Below are positions 39,238-48,283 of a stretch of DNA of 64,000 nucleotides, one piece after another; positions within the stretch are counted from its first letter, which is position 1; each line of letters begins with the position of its first letter. Below the pieces are notes generated by a model. That model was given only the letters and a program-made list of their open reading frames with translations. It had not been told where the DNA came from and did no database searches. The DNA is from Planctomycetota bacterium (GTDB lineage: Bacteria > Planctomycetota > PLA2 > JAEUHO01), in the NCBI GenBank assembly GCA_965222115.1, contig CBDCTJ010000007.1, positions 1,408,001 through 1,472,000 of the forward strand. Reading direction: 5' to 3'. The position numbers and the translations under genes were made by a program.

Positions 39238-40755
39238 GTGCCGCTCGAACTGAACTTCGACCGATTGATGCCCGAGTTCTTGGTGGCCGGTGCGGGCTTG
39301 GCGGCCATCATTCCGGAACTCCTGTTGCCCGCGGGTCGCCGCGCAGTGGCTACCGCATGGACCTCGGCCATCGGCTTGACGCTCGCGTTTTTCTGCCTGT
39401 GTTTCTGGTGTCCCGAAGGCGTTGCCATGGTGGCGCGCGCCGACGACGGTCACATGATCACGGGATGGGTATCCGATAAGTTCTCGATTTACTGCCGCGC
39501 TGTAATCGCCGGTGGCGGCCTCTTGCTCGTGCTCCTGTCGATGCCCTATACGCGACGCATGGACCGCGGGCACGGCGAATACTATTCGATCCTTCTGTTT
39601 GCGCTTCTGGGCGCGATGCTCGTAACGGGCGCGTCCGACTTACTCTCGATTTTTGTTTGCTTGGAACTCGTCACCATCATGGCGTATGTGCTGGCTGCGT
39701 TCCGACGCAACCATATGCCATCCACCGAGGCAGGGCTCAAGTACCTCGTGGTTGGCGCCGTATCGACAGCCATTCTCCTCCTTGGCATTGCGTTTGTTTA
39801 CGGCGGCACGGGCAGCTTGTCGCTCGGCCAACTTGCCGCGGTCGTCCAGGCCGGCAAGATCAATTTGCTCACCGGACTTGGACTTGGCCTGCTGTTGATT
39901 GGCATGTTGTTCAAGGTCGGAGGCGTACCGTTTCACGTGTGGATTCCGGACGTGTACGAAGGGTCGCCGAGTCCCTCGACGGCGTTTCTTTCAACCGCGT
40001 CCAAGACTGCGGGCGTCGTTCTCTTGTTGCGCTTTGCCTATGTGGCCCTGGCGCCCGTCGCCGACGGCGTGCACGCCATGAGTTGGGTGCTTTTGCTCAG
40101 TGTGATCGCCATCATTACGCTGTTCTTTGGAAGCCTTGGCGCGCTCTCGCAGCGAAGCATCAAGCGCCTGCTGGCCTACTCGTCGATCTCCCACGCGGGC
40201 TATCTGTTGATGGGTATTGCCGCGATCGCATCGGGCGGTGCAGACAGTGGAGGCGCGTCGGCGGTGCTCTACTATTTGCTCGCCTATACCGCCACAAACC
40301 TCACCGCGTTTGCGGTCATCGTCTTGGTGTCGGGCGCCTCGCCCCTTGGTCATGGCGCCGGCACGTACCGCGGCCTGTGGAAGCGTTCGCCGTTTCTTGC
40401 GTTAGCGCTCGTGCTCGCGTTCTTATCACTGGCGGGCGTGCCCCCCATGGGCGGCTTCTTCGCAAAATTCTTGATCCTCAAGTCGGTTGTGTCCGAAGGC
40501 ATGATCTTGCTGGCCATTGTGGGCGCCATTGGCGTCGTCCTTGGCCTCTACTTCTATTTCCTGTGGGTTCGGGAAGTGGTCATTCATGGACCCGAGGTCA
40601 CCACGCCCGCTCGCCCGTCGATATCCATCGGTGCTCCGGCACGCGTCGCGATCGCTGTTGGAATGATTGCCATGCTGGCAACGGGCATATTCATGGGTCC
40701 GTTCTACGAGTGGGCCAGTGACGCCGCCGCTGCACTGTCGACGTTGCCCGGTTAG
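39238..40755 (+). CDS. nuoN: NADH-quinone oxidoreductase subunit N
   Basis: EAGLKY, FK..VPFHVWIPDVYEGSP, KRLLAYSSISHAGY, LAGVPP.GGFFAK. Confidence 0.97.
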   Translation: MPLELNFDRLMPEFLVAGAGLAAIIPELLLPAGRRAVATAWTSAIGLTLAFFCLCFWCPEGVAMVARADDGHMITGWVSDKFSIYCRAVIAGGGLLLVLLSMPYTRRMDRGHGEYYSILLFALLGAMLVTGASDLLSIFVCLELVTIMAYVLAAFRRNHMPSTEAGLKYLVVGAVSTAILLLGIAFVYGGTGSLSLGQLAAVVQAGKINLLTGLGLGLLLIGMLFKVGGVPFHVWIPDVYEGSPSPSTAFLSTASKTAGVVLLLRFAYVALAPVADGVHAMSWVLLLSVIAIITLFFGSLGALSQRSIKRLLAYSSISHAGYLLMGIAAIASGGADSGGASAVLYYLLAYTATNLTAFAVIVLVSGASPLGHGAGTYRGLWKRSPFLALALVLAFLSLAGVPPMGGFFAKFLILKSVVSEGMILLAIVGAIGVVLGLYFYFLWVREVVIHGPEVTTPARPSISIGAPARVAIAVGMIAMLATGIFMGPFYEWASDAAAALSTLPG

Positions 40756-40939
40756 CATTTGGTCCATGCGGCGCTAGGGACGACCATTCGTTCGTATATT
40801 TGAAGGGGTCAAGCGTCCTGCGCGAATTCGCTCACGCGGATATTTGGCGTCCAGTCATCCTTTGCGTTTTATAGCCATCGAATGCGTATAACTCACTTCC
40901 TAAAAACGGTTTATGGATTGCGAACCCCTGTACCGCAAA

Positions 40940-40954
40940 CGGCATTGAAGTTGC
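40940..40954 (+). promoter_or_regulatory. Candidate sigma-54 (-24/-12) promoter
   Basis: CGGCATTGAAGTTGC fits GG-N10-GC with GGCA and TTGC. It lies in the ~710-bp intergenic region upstream of the giant lipoprotein gene. Confidence 0.4.
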
Positions 40955-41468
40955 CGTATGCCGTTCGGGATTGGTCTCTCAATTTGGGAGGGCAATTCCA
41001 CGTCGGCTTCACCCGAGAGGCACCGGTTAGGTTCAAGAGCGAGTGTTCCCGATTTTGGGGTTCGTCCGCGAGTTCTTCCAAGAAGACGAGACGAGACGCC
41101 CGAAATCGCGCGATTCGTTCATTGGGACCATCGCCGTCGCTTCCTGGGTTCCCGCGGTCGAGTGCCGCAGGTAGGATGTCGGCGGATACGCCCTCGCCGG
41201 TTTGATCGTCAGCAAGCATTCGTGGGAATGCGAACTTGTGCGCGCTCAACTCAGGTATAGCGCCTGCCGGATGAAACCGGACGGGCAAACGGAAGGCCCG
41301 ATTTGCGACGGTTATTGGTTTTCGGATCAGGACGCCAAAAAGGTCGTTAACCCCAAACCCCCACGCTGGGTCAGAACAGTTTCAGAGTTTCGTTATTTGC
41401 ATCGCCAGCTTTCGGAGTTGAGGCGACTCCGTTATCTGGCGTCAGAAATACGGCCAAGGAGAGTGCAC

Positions 41469-44400
41469 ATGCGCCATTCAAAGCTTGCAATCGTGTTGAT
41501 TGCCGCGGTCGCCCTCGGTGTGATCCCTGCATGCGGCAGTGGACACGGCGGTGGCGGCGGAAACGGATATTCCGTTGCAAACAATCCGCTATTTATCGGT
41601 TCTCCCGCGTTCCCCAGTGGACTCGTCGCGGGTGATCACGTTGAGTGGGCAATTCCTCTCAGTGGCGGTTGCGGTGGGCCCTACGACATTGAAATCGTAG
41701 CGGGTCAGCTCCCCGAAGGTCTTGAAGTCGACACGACGGCTGGCGAGTTCTGGACCGACCTCAACAACAACGACGTCTATGATCCGGGCGAGCCCTACCG
41801 CGAGGGGGAAGGTGCCTGGAACAACGGCGTCTATGACGCCGACTACCCACGTCACCACATCGTGGGCATTGCGATGGGTGAAGACACGTATAGCTTCAGC
41901 ATTCGCATTGACGATACCGGCTGCTCACCTTTCTCCAGTCAAGTCATCGACGTCGATTGGACAATTGGTGACGGTCCGCTCGCAATCGTAGGCGCCAATC
42001 CGCCACTCATTGAGCAGCCTGGCTATGGCTTTGGTCCGCGTGGTGAGCCGCTCCCCGAGTGGGAAGACATTGCTGGTTTGCCCGATACGGTATTCGGCTC
42101 AACGATCGCCTTTAATCTGATTGCTGTTGGTGGCGCCGCTCCCTATAGCTGCGAATTGATCGACGATCCCAATGACCCCGATGACAGCGGCACGTTGCCC
42201 TCGGGTGTCTCCATGCCCGCGCAGTCCTGCGCACTTGTTGGTCGCCCCATTCAGGTGGGTCCCAATGGTAAGCCCTGGCGCTTTACGTTCCGCGTCACCG
42301 ACGCGAACGGCGAACAGGCCATTCGAAAGATCCAGTGGCGTATCGCAACGCCCGCGCTCATCTTCGCAACCGACTCTATGCCCGATGGCGTTGCCGGTTC
42401 GCCTTATACCGCCACGATGGCGGTGGCCGAGGGTGTGCCGCCCTTCCTGTTCGAACTCGTGCGCGGCATTCCGTCGCCCAACGACAACTTGGATTCGAGC
42501 TGGGTCTACGCCTCGCCCAACGCTCCCGTACTCCCGGGCGCCAACGCCCCAACACTTACGCCTTCTGGTAACGCAATTGCTGCGGACAAGATCAGCCGCA
42601 CCGACTACCCAGCGGCGTCAAATCCAGGGCCCGATTACACGGCTACGGGTGCGCCTTCGGAGGGCATGTTCTTTGACGACACGCCATTTGATCCCGGTGT
42701 GTTCTCCGGCATTCCTCGTCGTGTAGGCGACTTCCAGGTTCATGTCCACGCCTACAGCCAGTCGATTCCCAATGAGCGTGGTCAGCATGCCTTTGGCTCG
42801 CTGACATTTACGATTGCTCCAGCGCCCGCGTTCGCGATTACGCCGAGTACGTTTGTCGAGGATGCGCTCACGTCTACGCTTCCCGATGGTCAGCCCACCC
42901 TTGCCGAGTTTGAAGTCGGTGCCGGTGTTGCCAATGACCGTGTACTTGCTGCCACCGGTGGCGTGGCCATGGACGGCTGGCAGGACGATCCACACATTTC
43001 AGATCGCCTCACCGATCCTACAGAAACGGTGCCCGCGCCGCACTACACATGGAGTGTGTCCGATTGGGATCCGCTCAATGAGGGCTGGCATGATCCTGCG
43101 AATCCGGGTTTTGCCGTAGGGCAGCCGATCGACATTTCCATTGTGGGTGCCGACGTCATGACAGCCGCAAATAGCGGCAATGACCTAGTGCGTCAGTCAC
43201 GCCAGGTGATCGAGCTCACGGTGGCCGATGAGCAGTTGCCCACGACGCTCACAAATATTGTCACGCAGCGGGCGGGCATCAGCATCGGACCGGACCAGGT
43301 CATCGTGACCGTCAGCGATATTGGCGCCTCCACCACAACGTTCTCGACAAACAACACAACCATGCACGACGACCAAGTGTTTATCCGTCAGTGGGACTTG
43401 GTGCAGGGCAGTGGTGGTGTGAAAGACCTTACCGACGCCAACTTGACCGCTGGCACGGTGTTCCCTGCTGCGGCTGGGCTTACGACGACCAACAACTTGG
43501 GTACGTTGCTGTCGGGCACTGGCAGTACAGGCTCTGGATTCAATCCTCAGAGCGTGGATATATTGCGCGTGGTGATTAATCCCTCGGGTTGGTGGGACGA
43601 TATGTTCTCGCTCCATCCCAAGGGTGGACGCGCAATGCAACACACCGATCCGAACCAGCCGCGATCCAATTACGGGATGGGCTTTTACTCGTATGGCTGG
43701 CATGCGTCCATGTCGTGTCTGGAGCTGCCCGAGGCACCCAATGTTACGCATGCTCCCGCTTCAGGCATATTCGCCGATGGCGGTCGTATGTATGCGTTTG
43801 ACACGGGCACGCACTTTGGCGTGTTCACGATCCGTTCCGATGCCTCGATCTACGTACCCTTCGCCTACAAGAAGGACACAACGTACGCCGGGTTCGGAGA
43901 CGGTATGCTGGATACGCGCACGTCGACGGCGGGCTCGTACGGATTCGCTCGAAACGTGAATATCGCGATCAGCCCGGATGGTCGGTTTGCCGCGATGAAG
44001 CTCAAGCGCAACCCCACCACGTACAACGAGAGCGGTACACTCAGTGGTATCGTGATCTTCGACTTGACGGGGCAGCAACCGTTTGGTGCTTCCGATGCGC
44101 ACTACAAGATCATTGGTACTGGCGCGAGTTCACTCACGTACGCTGGGGCCGACATCTTCGCAGGCACTACGATGGTCATGACCAATCAGCGTCTGTACTT
44201 CATCATCAAGCACACGTTTAACTCGTCCCTCAATACAACGCCGCCCTTCTCGGACGACACGCACTGGAATAATCATCATGTGATGACGTATGACATTCTC
44301 GGGGCCGGCACGAGCGCAGTCTTGGCGACTAGCACGGATGCTGCTTGGACGCAGACGGCTGCAACGCCTATGCAGACTCCTGGCCAGCTTTGGCGCCCGC

Positions 44401-46313
44401 TGAATCTGTCCACGAGTAATGGCTGGGATCGCAACTGGGTGTCTCCCGAGTCGCACATGTACGGCGGCATGAACTTGCTGGAGAACAGCTTGGCGCCTAT
44501 GCCATTCCGTGTGAACGCTGCAGGTACACATTGCGCGTTGCTGGCAGCGTCTCGCGCGACGAGCGTTACAAGCACCTCGGATCCAATGAACTTCTACTGT
44601 TGGGTTGATACGGGAACCGGGAGCTTCAAGCGCGTCACCAGTGTGCGCCGAAAAGTCCCTCAGGGTGGTCAGCGCATTGGCGCACTTCACATTGGACCCG
44701 CGTCGTCCTATCGTCACTGGGGCTACTACGATGGCCCAAGCACGGGCTTCGAGATTTCTGACGATGGCTCCAAGATTGCTTTCGCCTACCAGACCTTCGG
44801 TACGTGGTCCTCATCGACAACATCTACCTTTGGCGGTATTCATCAGCAATACGGGCACTTCAACCGTTTTCGACAGAATGTGCTAGTGACGAAGTCTACG
44901 TCAGGGACTTCTTGGCCGGGCTTTACGGAAAATGAGGTTACCCGGAATACCTTTGGTGGAACGCACCTTTGGAAGTTCGGCTGCCTGACGTTCTCGCCCA
45001 AGAATGACAAACTGTTCTTCTATGCAGGCGCTAGCAATGGCGATACGGACACGACGAGTGATGGCTCGTTCTCGATTTTCTCGACATCAACCTCCTACAG
45101 TTACTACTCGTGGGACCAGTGGTCCTGGCAGAAGCGCGGTAGCTTCTACGTGTTCGATACGAGCGACGCGGTTGGTAGCGAGGAAGTAAAGAACGTATTC
45201 GCGTCGGCCGACGGTGGCCATGGATCCGCGGGTACGCTCTACACGGGCACGACCACAGGACGGTTTAATCCGACCGATCCTTCGTCCACCTATCAGACCA
45301 ACTGGGGATACTTGCAGCCGCGTGGTGGCTTCATGTCGGAAAACCGCCAGTTCCTCTACTTGTACAACAAGAACATCTTGACGACTTCAGGTAACGGCTC
45401 AAATACGGGCGGCATGCTCGTCGGCATCAACCTGACGGATCAGGCGGTAAATGGCCATGCGGCAGAGACGGGCTTCAGGCTCGGCAAGTGGCCCAATCGC
45501 AGGTCTTTCTTGGTCGACTACCCGGGCGGTTACAGCCGTTATTCGGCGTGGTCTACTCAGGGTTATTACGACCCGGCCAAGGGGGCCTCGGGCGGCAAAC
45601 AGGTAATGGTGGCTGGCACGAGCGCAAGTGATCCCAATCGCGGCGTCGTGTACTTCTCCACAACCTCCTACCGGAACGGCACGAGTTCAAGTGTCTATAC
45701 GGGCAACCGATATTCTGGCGATCGCATCAGGGGTCCTTGGTCCGGTAACGGATACGAGGGTGGCGATGTGAATGCGTTTAGTTCAAACGTAGGTGGTGAA
45801 GTGGCGCGTCTTACACACCCGACCATTAACGACCCCGCAGTCAATCTCGGCGCAACGAGTAGCTACCCCAGTGGCAATTCAAACTATCGTCGCGTGCATT
45901 TCTTGAAGACCACGCGCGATGGCCGCCGCGTTGCGTATGTGTATGATGCGAACTACGGCAGTTCGTCCGTCCACTACGGGCAAGAGGGTATCGGCTTGAT
46001 CAACAACCTTCAGTTCAGCGCTACAACGGGTGCGTTGCACTCGGGCTTCAACGGTACGCGCAACTGCGTGATGCTTGAGGGGAATCACGGTGGGCTGACG
46101 GGCTTGGTCGGTCAAAGTCTCGGTCGCGCGGGTGACGCCATGGCGTTTGACTCGCAGGGCACTACGCTTTACTACGCGTTCGGCTCAGGCAATGAGAATG
46201 CTAAGACGCTCAAGGGTGTCAAAGTTGGCGATGACGGAACCGCACCCACTTCGGATGAGGCCTATGGTTGGGCCACCGCGAAGCGGTATAACGTGTTGTT
46301 TGCCGCTCGCTAG
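41469..46313 (+). CDS. Giant surface lipoprotein (~1614 aa): putative Ig (He_PIG-like) repeats followed by a beta-propeller-like region
   Basis: AAGGAGAG RBS, lipobox IPAC plus a Gly linker. Ig motifs include GG.GPY..GQLPEGL, GGAAPY..GTLPSGV and MPDGVAGSPYTATM..EGVPPF. Blade-like motifs include ISPDGRF, ISDDGSKIAF, FSPKNDKLFF, TRDGRRVAY and FDSQGTTLYY. Confidence 0.85.
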   Translation: MRHSKLAIVLIAAVALGVIPACGSGHGGGGGNGYSVANNPLFIGSPAFPSGLVAGDHVEWAIPLSGGCGGPYDIEIVAGQLPEGLEVDTTAGEFWTDLNNNDVYDPGEPYREGEGAWNNGVYDADYPRHHIVGIAMGEDTYSFSIRIDDTGCSPFSSQVIDVDWTIGDGPLAIVGANPPLIEQPGYGFGPRGEPLPEWEDIAGLPDTVFGSTIAFNLIAVGGAAPYSCELIDDPNDPDDSGTLPSGVSMPAQSCALVGRPIQVGPNGKPWRFTFRVTDANGEQAIRKIQWRIATPALIFATDSMPDGVAGSPYTATMAVAEGVPPFLFELVRGIPSPNDNLDSSWVYASPNAPVLPGANAPTLTPSGNAIAADKISRTDYPAASNPGPDYTATGAPSEGMFFDDTPFDPGVFSGIPRRVGDFQVHVHAYSQSIPNERGQHAFGSLTFTIAPAPAFAITPSTFVEDALTSTLPDGQPTLAEFEVGAGVANDRVLAATGGVAMDGWQDDPHISDRLTDPTETVPAPHYTWSVSDWDPLNEGWHDPANPGFAVGQPIDISIVGADVMTAANSGNDLVRQSRQVIELTVADEQLPTTLTNIVTQRAGISIGPDQVIVTVSDIGASTTTFSTNNTTMHDDQVFIRQWDLVQGSGGVKDLTDANLTAGTVFPAAAGLTTTNNLGTLLSGTGSTGSGFNPQSVDILRVVINPSGWWDDMFSLHPKGGRAMQHTDPNQPRSNYGMGFYSYGWHASMSCLELPEAPNVTHAPASGIFADGGRMYAFDTGTHFGVFTIRSDASIYVPFAYKKDTTYAGFGDGMLDTRTSTAGSYGFARNVNIAISPDGRFAAMKLKRNPTTYNESGTLSGIVIFDLTGQQPFGASDAHYKIIGTGASSLTYAGADIFAGTTMVMTNQRLYFIIKHTFNSSLNTTPPFSDDTHWNNHHVMTYDILGAGTSAVLATSTDAAWTQTAATPMQTPGQLWRPLNLSTSNGWDRNWVSPESHMYGGMNLLENSLAPMPFRVNAAGTHCALLAASRATSVTSTSDPMNFYCWVDTGTGSFKRVTSVRRKVPQGGQRIGALHIGPASSYRHWGYYDGPSTGFEISDDGSKIAFAYQTFGTWSSSTTSTFGGIHQQYGHFNRFRQNVLVTKSTSGTSWPGFTENEVTRNTFGGTHLWKFGCLTFSPKNDKLFFYAGASNGDTDTTSDGSFSIFSTSTSYSYYSWDQWSWQKRGSFYVFDTSDAVGSEEVKNVFASADGGHGSAGTLYTGTTTGRFNPTDPSSTYQTNWGYLQPRGGFMSENRQFLYLYNKNILTTSGNGSNTGGMLVGINLTDQAVNGHAAETGFRLGKWPNRRSFLVDYPGGYSRYSAWSTQGYYDPAKGASGGKQVMVAGTSASDPNRGVVYFSTTSYRNGTSSSVYTGNRYSGDRIRGPWSGNGYEGGDVNAFSSNVGGEVARLTHPTINDPAVNLGATSSYPSGNSNYRRVHFLKTTRDGRRVAYVYDANYGSSSVHYGQEGIGLINNLQFSATTGALHSGFNGTRNCVMLEGNHGGLTGLVGQSLGRAGDAMAFDSQGTTLYYAFGSGNENAKTLKGVKVGDDGTAPTSDEAYGWATAKRYNVLFAAR

Positions 46314-46358
46314 AGAAGTGAGGCGAGCGACATCCCTCCCGCGCTAGGGAGGCTCGGT

Positions 46359-46401
46359 GAAGGGTGCTGGCCGATTTGGTCCGCACCCTTCCCTGTTTTT
46401 T
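46359..46401 (+). terminator. Rho-independent terminator
   Basis: GAAGGGTGC...GCACCCTTC stem followed by CCTGTTTTTT, just downstream of the giant gene. Confidence 0.75.
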
Positions 46402-46492
46402 GGCATTCAATGGACTGAATCTGATTCTCGACGAAACGTGCTGTGAGAAGGTGCTGCACCAAACGTCGCTACAGGTGAGAGAGCACAGTCCG

Positions 46493-47077
46493 ATGAGCGT
46501 GCTGCGAATACTGTTGATGCTTGTGGCCATCGGATCCACCGCCTGGTTTGCGCTGTCGATGCTCGACGAAGAAGCGCCCGCAGTTCACGTTGTAGACGAA
46601 TTCGAGCCGGTCGCGCGGCCTATCGTCCGGAACCCGACGCCCAAGCCCGAGAAGACTGTGTCCAGCAACTCTCAGAAGAACAAGCTTCCTCCCCTGCGCG
46701 TGACGGCAGAGCTCCCTAAAGACACACCGCTCCAGGAGCGTTTTCATCACACTGTGCTGTCATTTGACGTGACCGAAACGGCTTCACCACCCAAGGCTCA
46801 AGTAGCAGTAGGCGTTGCGAAGGACGCTGAGATCTCCGGCGAGCATGTGCTCAAAGTGCTGTCGCGCGTTTGTCCTGTAAAATTCGAGCCACCCGCCGCT
46901 CGGCGCAAGTTCATTGGGCGGTCGTTTACGATATTGGACGAATGGGCGAAACGTGGCGTCCGCGGGAACGAGCTTATCGAGATGCTTCATGCGTCCGGTA
47001 TGGATGTCGTATTTTCGGAACGACACGTGTCGATTTCCTTTCCCGATCAAGGCCATGAAGATTCGCAAGGCCAGTGA
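46493..47077 (+). CDS. Membrane-anchored hypothetical protein; C-terminus weakly resembles an STN (secretin/TonB N-terminal) domain
   Basis: N-terminal TM helix, Pro-rich linker, and a C-terminal GVRGNELIEMLHASGMDVVFSERHVSIS pattern. Confidence 0.55.
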   Translation: MSVLRILLMLVAIGSTAWFALSMLDEEAPAVHVVDEFEPVARPIVRNPTPKPEKTVSSNSQKNKLPPLRVTAELPKDTPLQERFHHTVLSFDVTETASPPKAQVAVGVAKDAEISGEHVLKVLSRVCPVKFEPPAARRKFIGRSFTILDEWAKRGVRGNELIEMLHASGMDVVFSERHVSISFPDQGHEDSQGQ

Positions 47078-47083
47078 CCCTGG

Positions 47084-47695
47084 TTAGCGTTTCAACTTTC
47101 GTCCTGCGCCATTGAGGAATAGATCGAGCACAGGATCGGCCAGGCGTGTTGCCCGTGGCTGGGGTCGTTCCGCATGCGCGCGGTGCGCTGCCCGATCGGC
47201 CATGGCAACAAGCAGTTCGGCGCGCCGTACGGAGGTGGTCTTTCGCTCTCCCGGTCTGCGAACGACGGCGTCCACGGCACTCTGGACGTGGGCCGCATAG
47301 TGATCACGAAGTTCGCGGATGCGTCGGTCCTGCTGGGGTGAGAGAGGGAGTTGTGGTCCTTGGAGCAGCCACGCTTCCGACGGATCTTCCATCACGCGGC
47401 GGATGTGATCGGTGATGAGGGCTCGTAGGCGATCCTTGGCGTTGCTCACACTTTGAGCGGCCTCGGCCGACGTCAAGGCGCGCGTCAGGCTGCGATGAAG
47501 CACCTGGTATGTGAGCGTTTCCTTGTTGGCGGCGTAGTCGTATACCGTCGAACACGCGACGCCAGCGCGCTTGGCTACGTCTCGAATGGAGGCGCCCCAG
47601 AAGCCGCGCTCGCGAAAGAGCGCCGCGGCTGCATTGAGGAGCGCGTCATGTCGTTCCTTTCGCGTGCGTGGTGGGGCGGGACGGGTTTTCTTCAC
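47084..47695 (-). CDS. TetR/AcrR-family transcriptional regulator
   Basis: AAAALFRERGFWGASIRDVAKRAGVA.STVY.Y..NKE.L; the start overlaps the queD stop. Confidence 0.92.
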   Translation of the reverse strand: MKKTRPAPPRTRKERHDALLNAAAALFRERGFWGASIRDVAKRAGVACSTVYDYAANKETLTYQVLHRSLTRALTSAEAAQSVSNAKDRLRALITDHIRRVMEDPSEAWLLQGPQLPLSPQQDRRIRELRDHYAAHVQSAVDAVVRRPGERKTTSVRRAELLVAMADRAAHRAHAERPQPRATRLADPVLDLFLNGAGRKLKR

Positions 47696-48051
47696 GCGTC
47701 CTTCGACTCCGGTCCGCGGTAGCGCACGAAACAGCGACTCGTCTCATACAGCGTGAGTTCGTGAAGCGGTAGGTGCGGCGCCAGTCGATTCCACATCCAC
47801 TCGATCAGCAGCTCGGCGGTAGGATTTGATAGTATTGTGTTAAGGTCCTGGTGGTCCACTAGGTCAAGGACTTGCGTCTGCACAGCGTGCTTAAGGTCCG
47901 CAAAGTCCATCACCATGCCCGTGGTCGAATCTACCGGTCCCGACACCGATACCAGCAGCCGATAGCTATGTCCGTGGGGGCGCTTGCACTTCCCGGGATG
48001 ATTCGGGAGGTGGTGGGCGGCGTGAAACTCGAAGTGACGGGCGATGATCAC
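47692..48051 (-). CDS. queD: 6-carboxy-5,6,7,8-tetrahydropterin synthase
   Basis: FHAAHHL, GKC.R.HGHSY, GMVMDF, DH..LN, NPTAE, LYET. Confidence 0.95.
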   Translation of the reverse strand: MIIARHFEFHAAHHLPNHPGKCKRPHGHSYRLLVSVSGPVDSTTGMVMDFADLKHAVQTQVLDLVDHQDLNTILSNPTAELLIEWMWNRLAPHLPLHELTLYETSRCFVRYRGPESKDA

Positions 48052-48283
48052 GTCGTGATTGTACGGGGTTCATGCGGTGGGCGTACCGAGTCGCTGCGAA
48101 ATCGAATCGTCCCTGCTCCGATCGCCTCGAATCAGTTGAGTTGGGCCTTTTGTCGGCGGTTTGTCCGAGAAATGCAAGTGTTTCGGATCGCACCCCTTCG
48201 GGGCAGGAACACTAGGTGCCTCGGCCCGCTCGTGGTGCAATTAGGGATGCGCCGACCGAGTCACCGAGGGAGCACTGGACGTC

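Noticed and set aside
41262-41345. c-di-GMP-I riboswitch (GGGCAAAC ... GGACGC..AAAG)
   Set aside because: The two motifs are too far apart and lack the GNRA-capped P2 stem between them.
40882-41468. Small ORFs in the gap and the extended 41202 start of the giant gene
   Set aside because: Composition is not protein-like and no RBS is present. The ATG at 41469 has an RBS and a proper lipoprotein signal.
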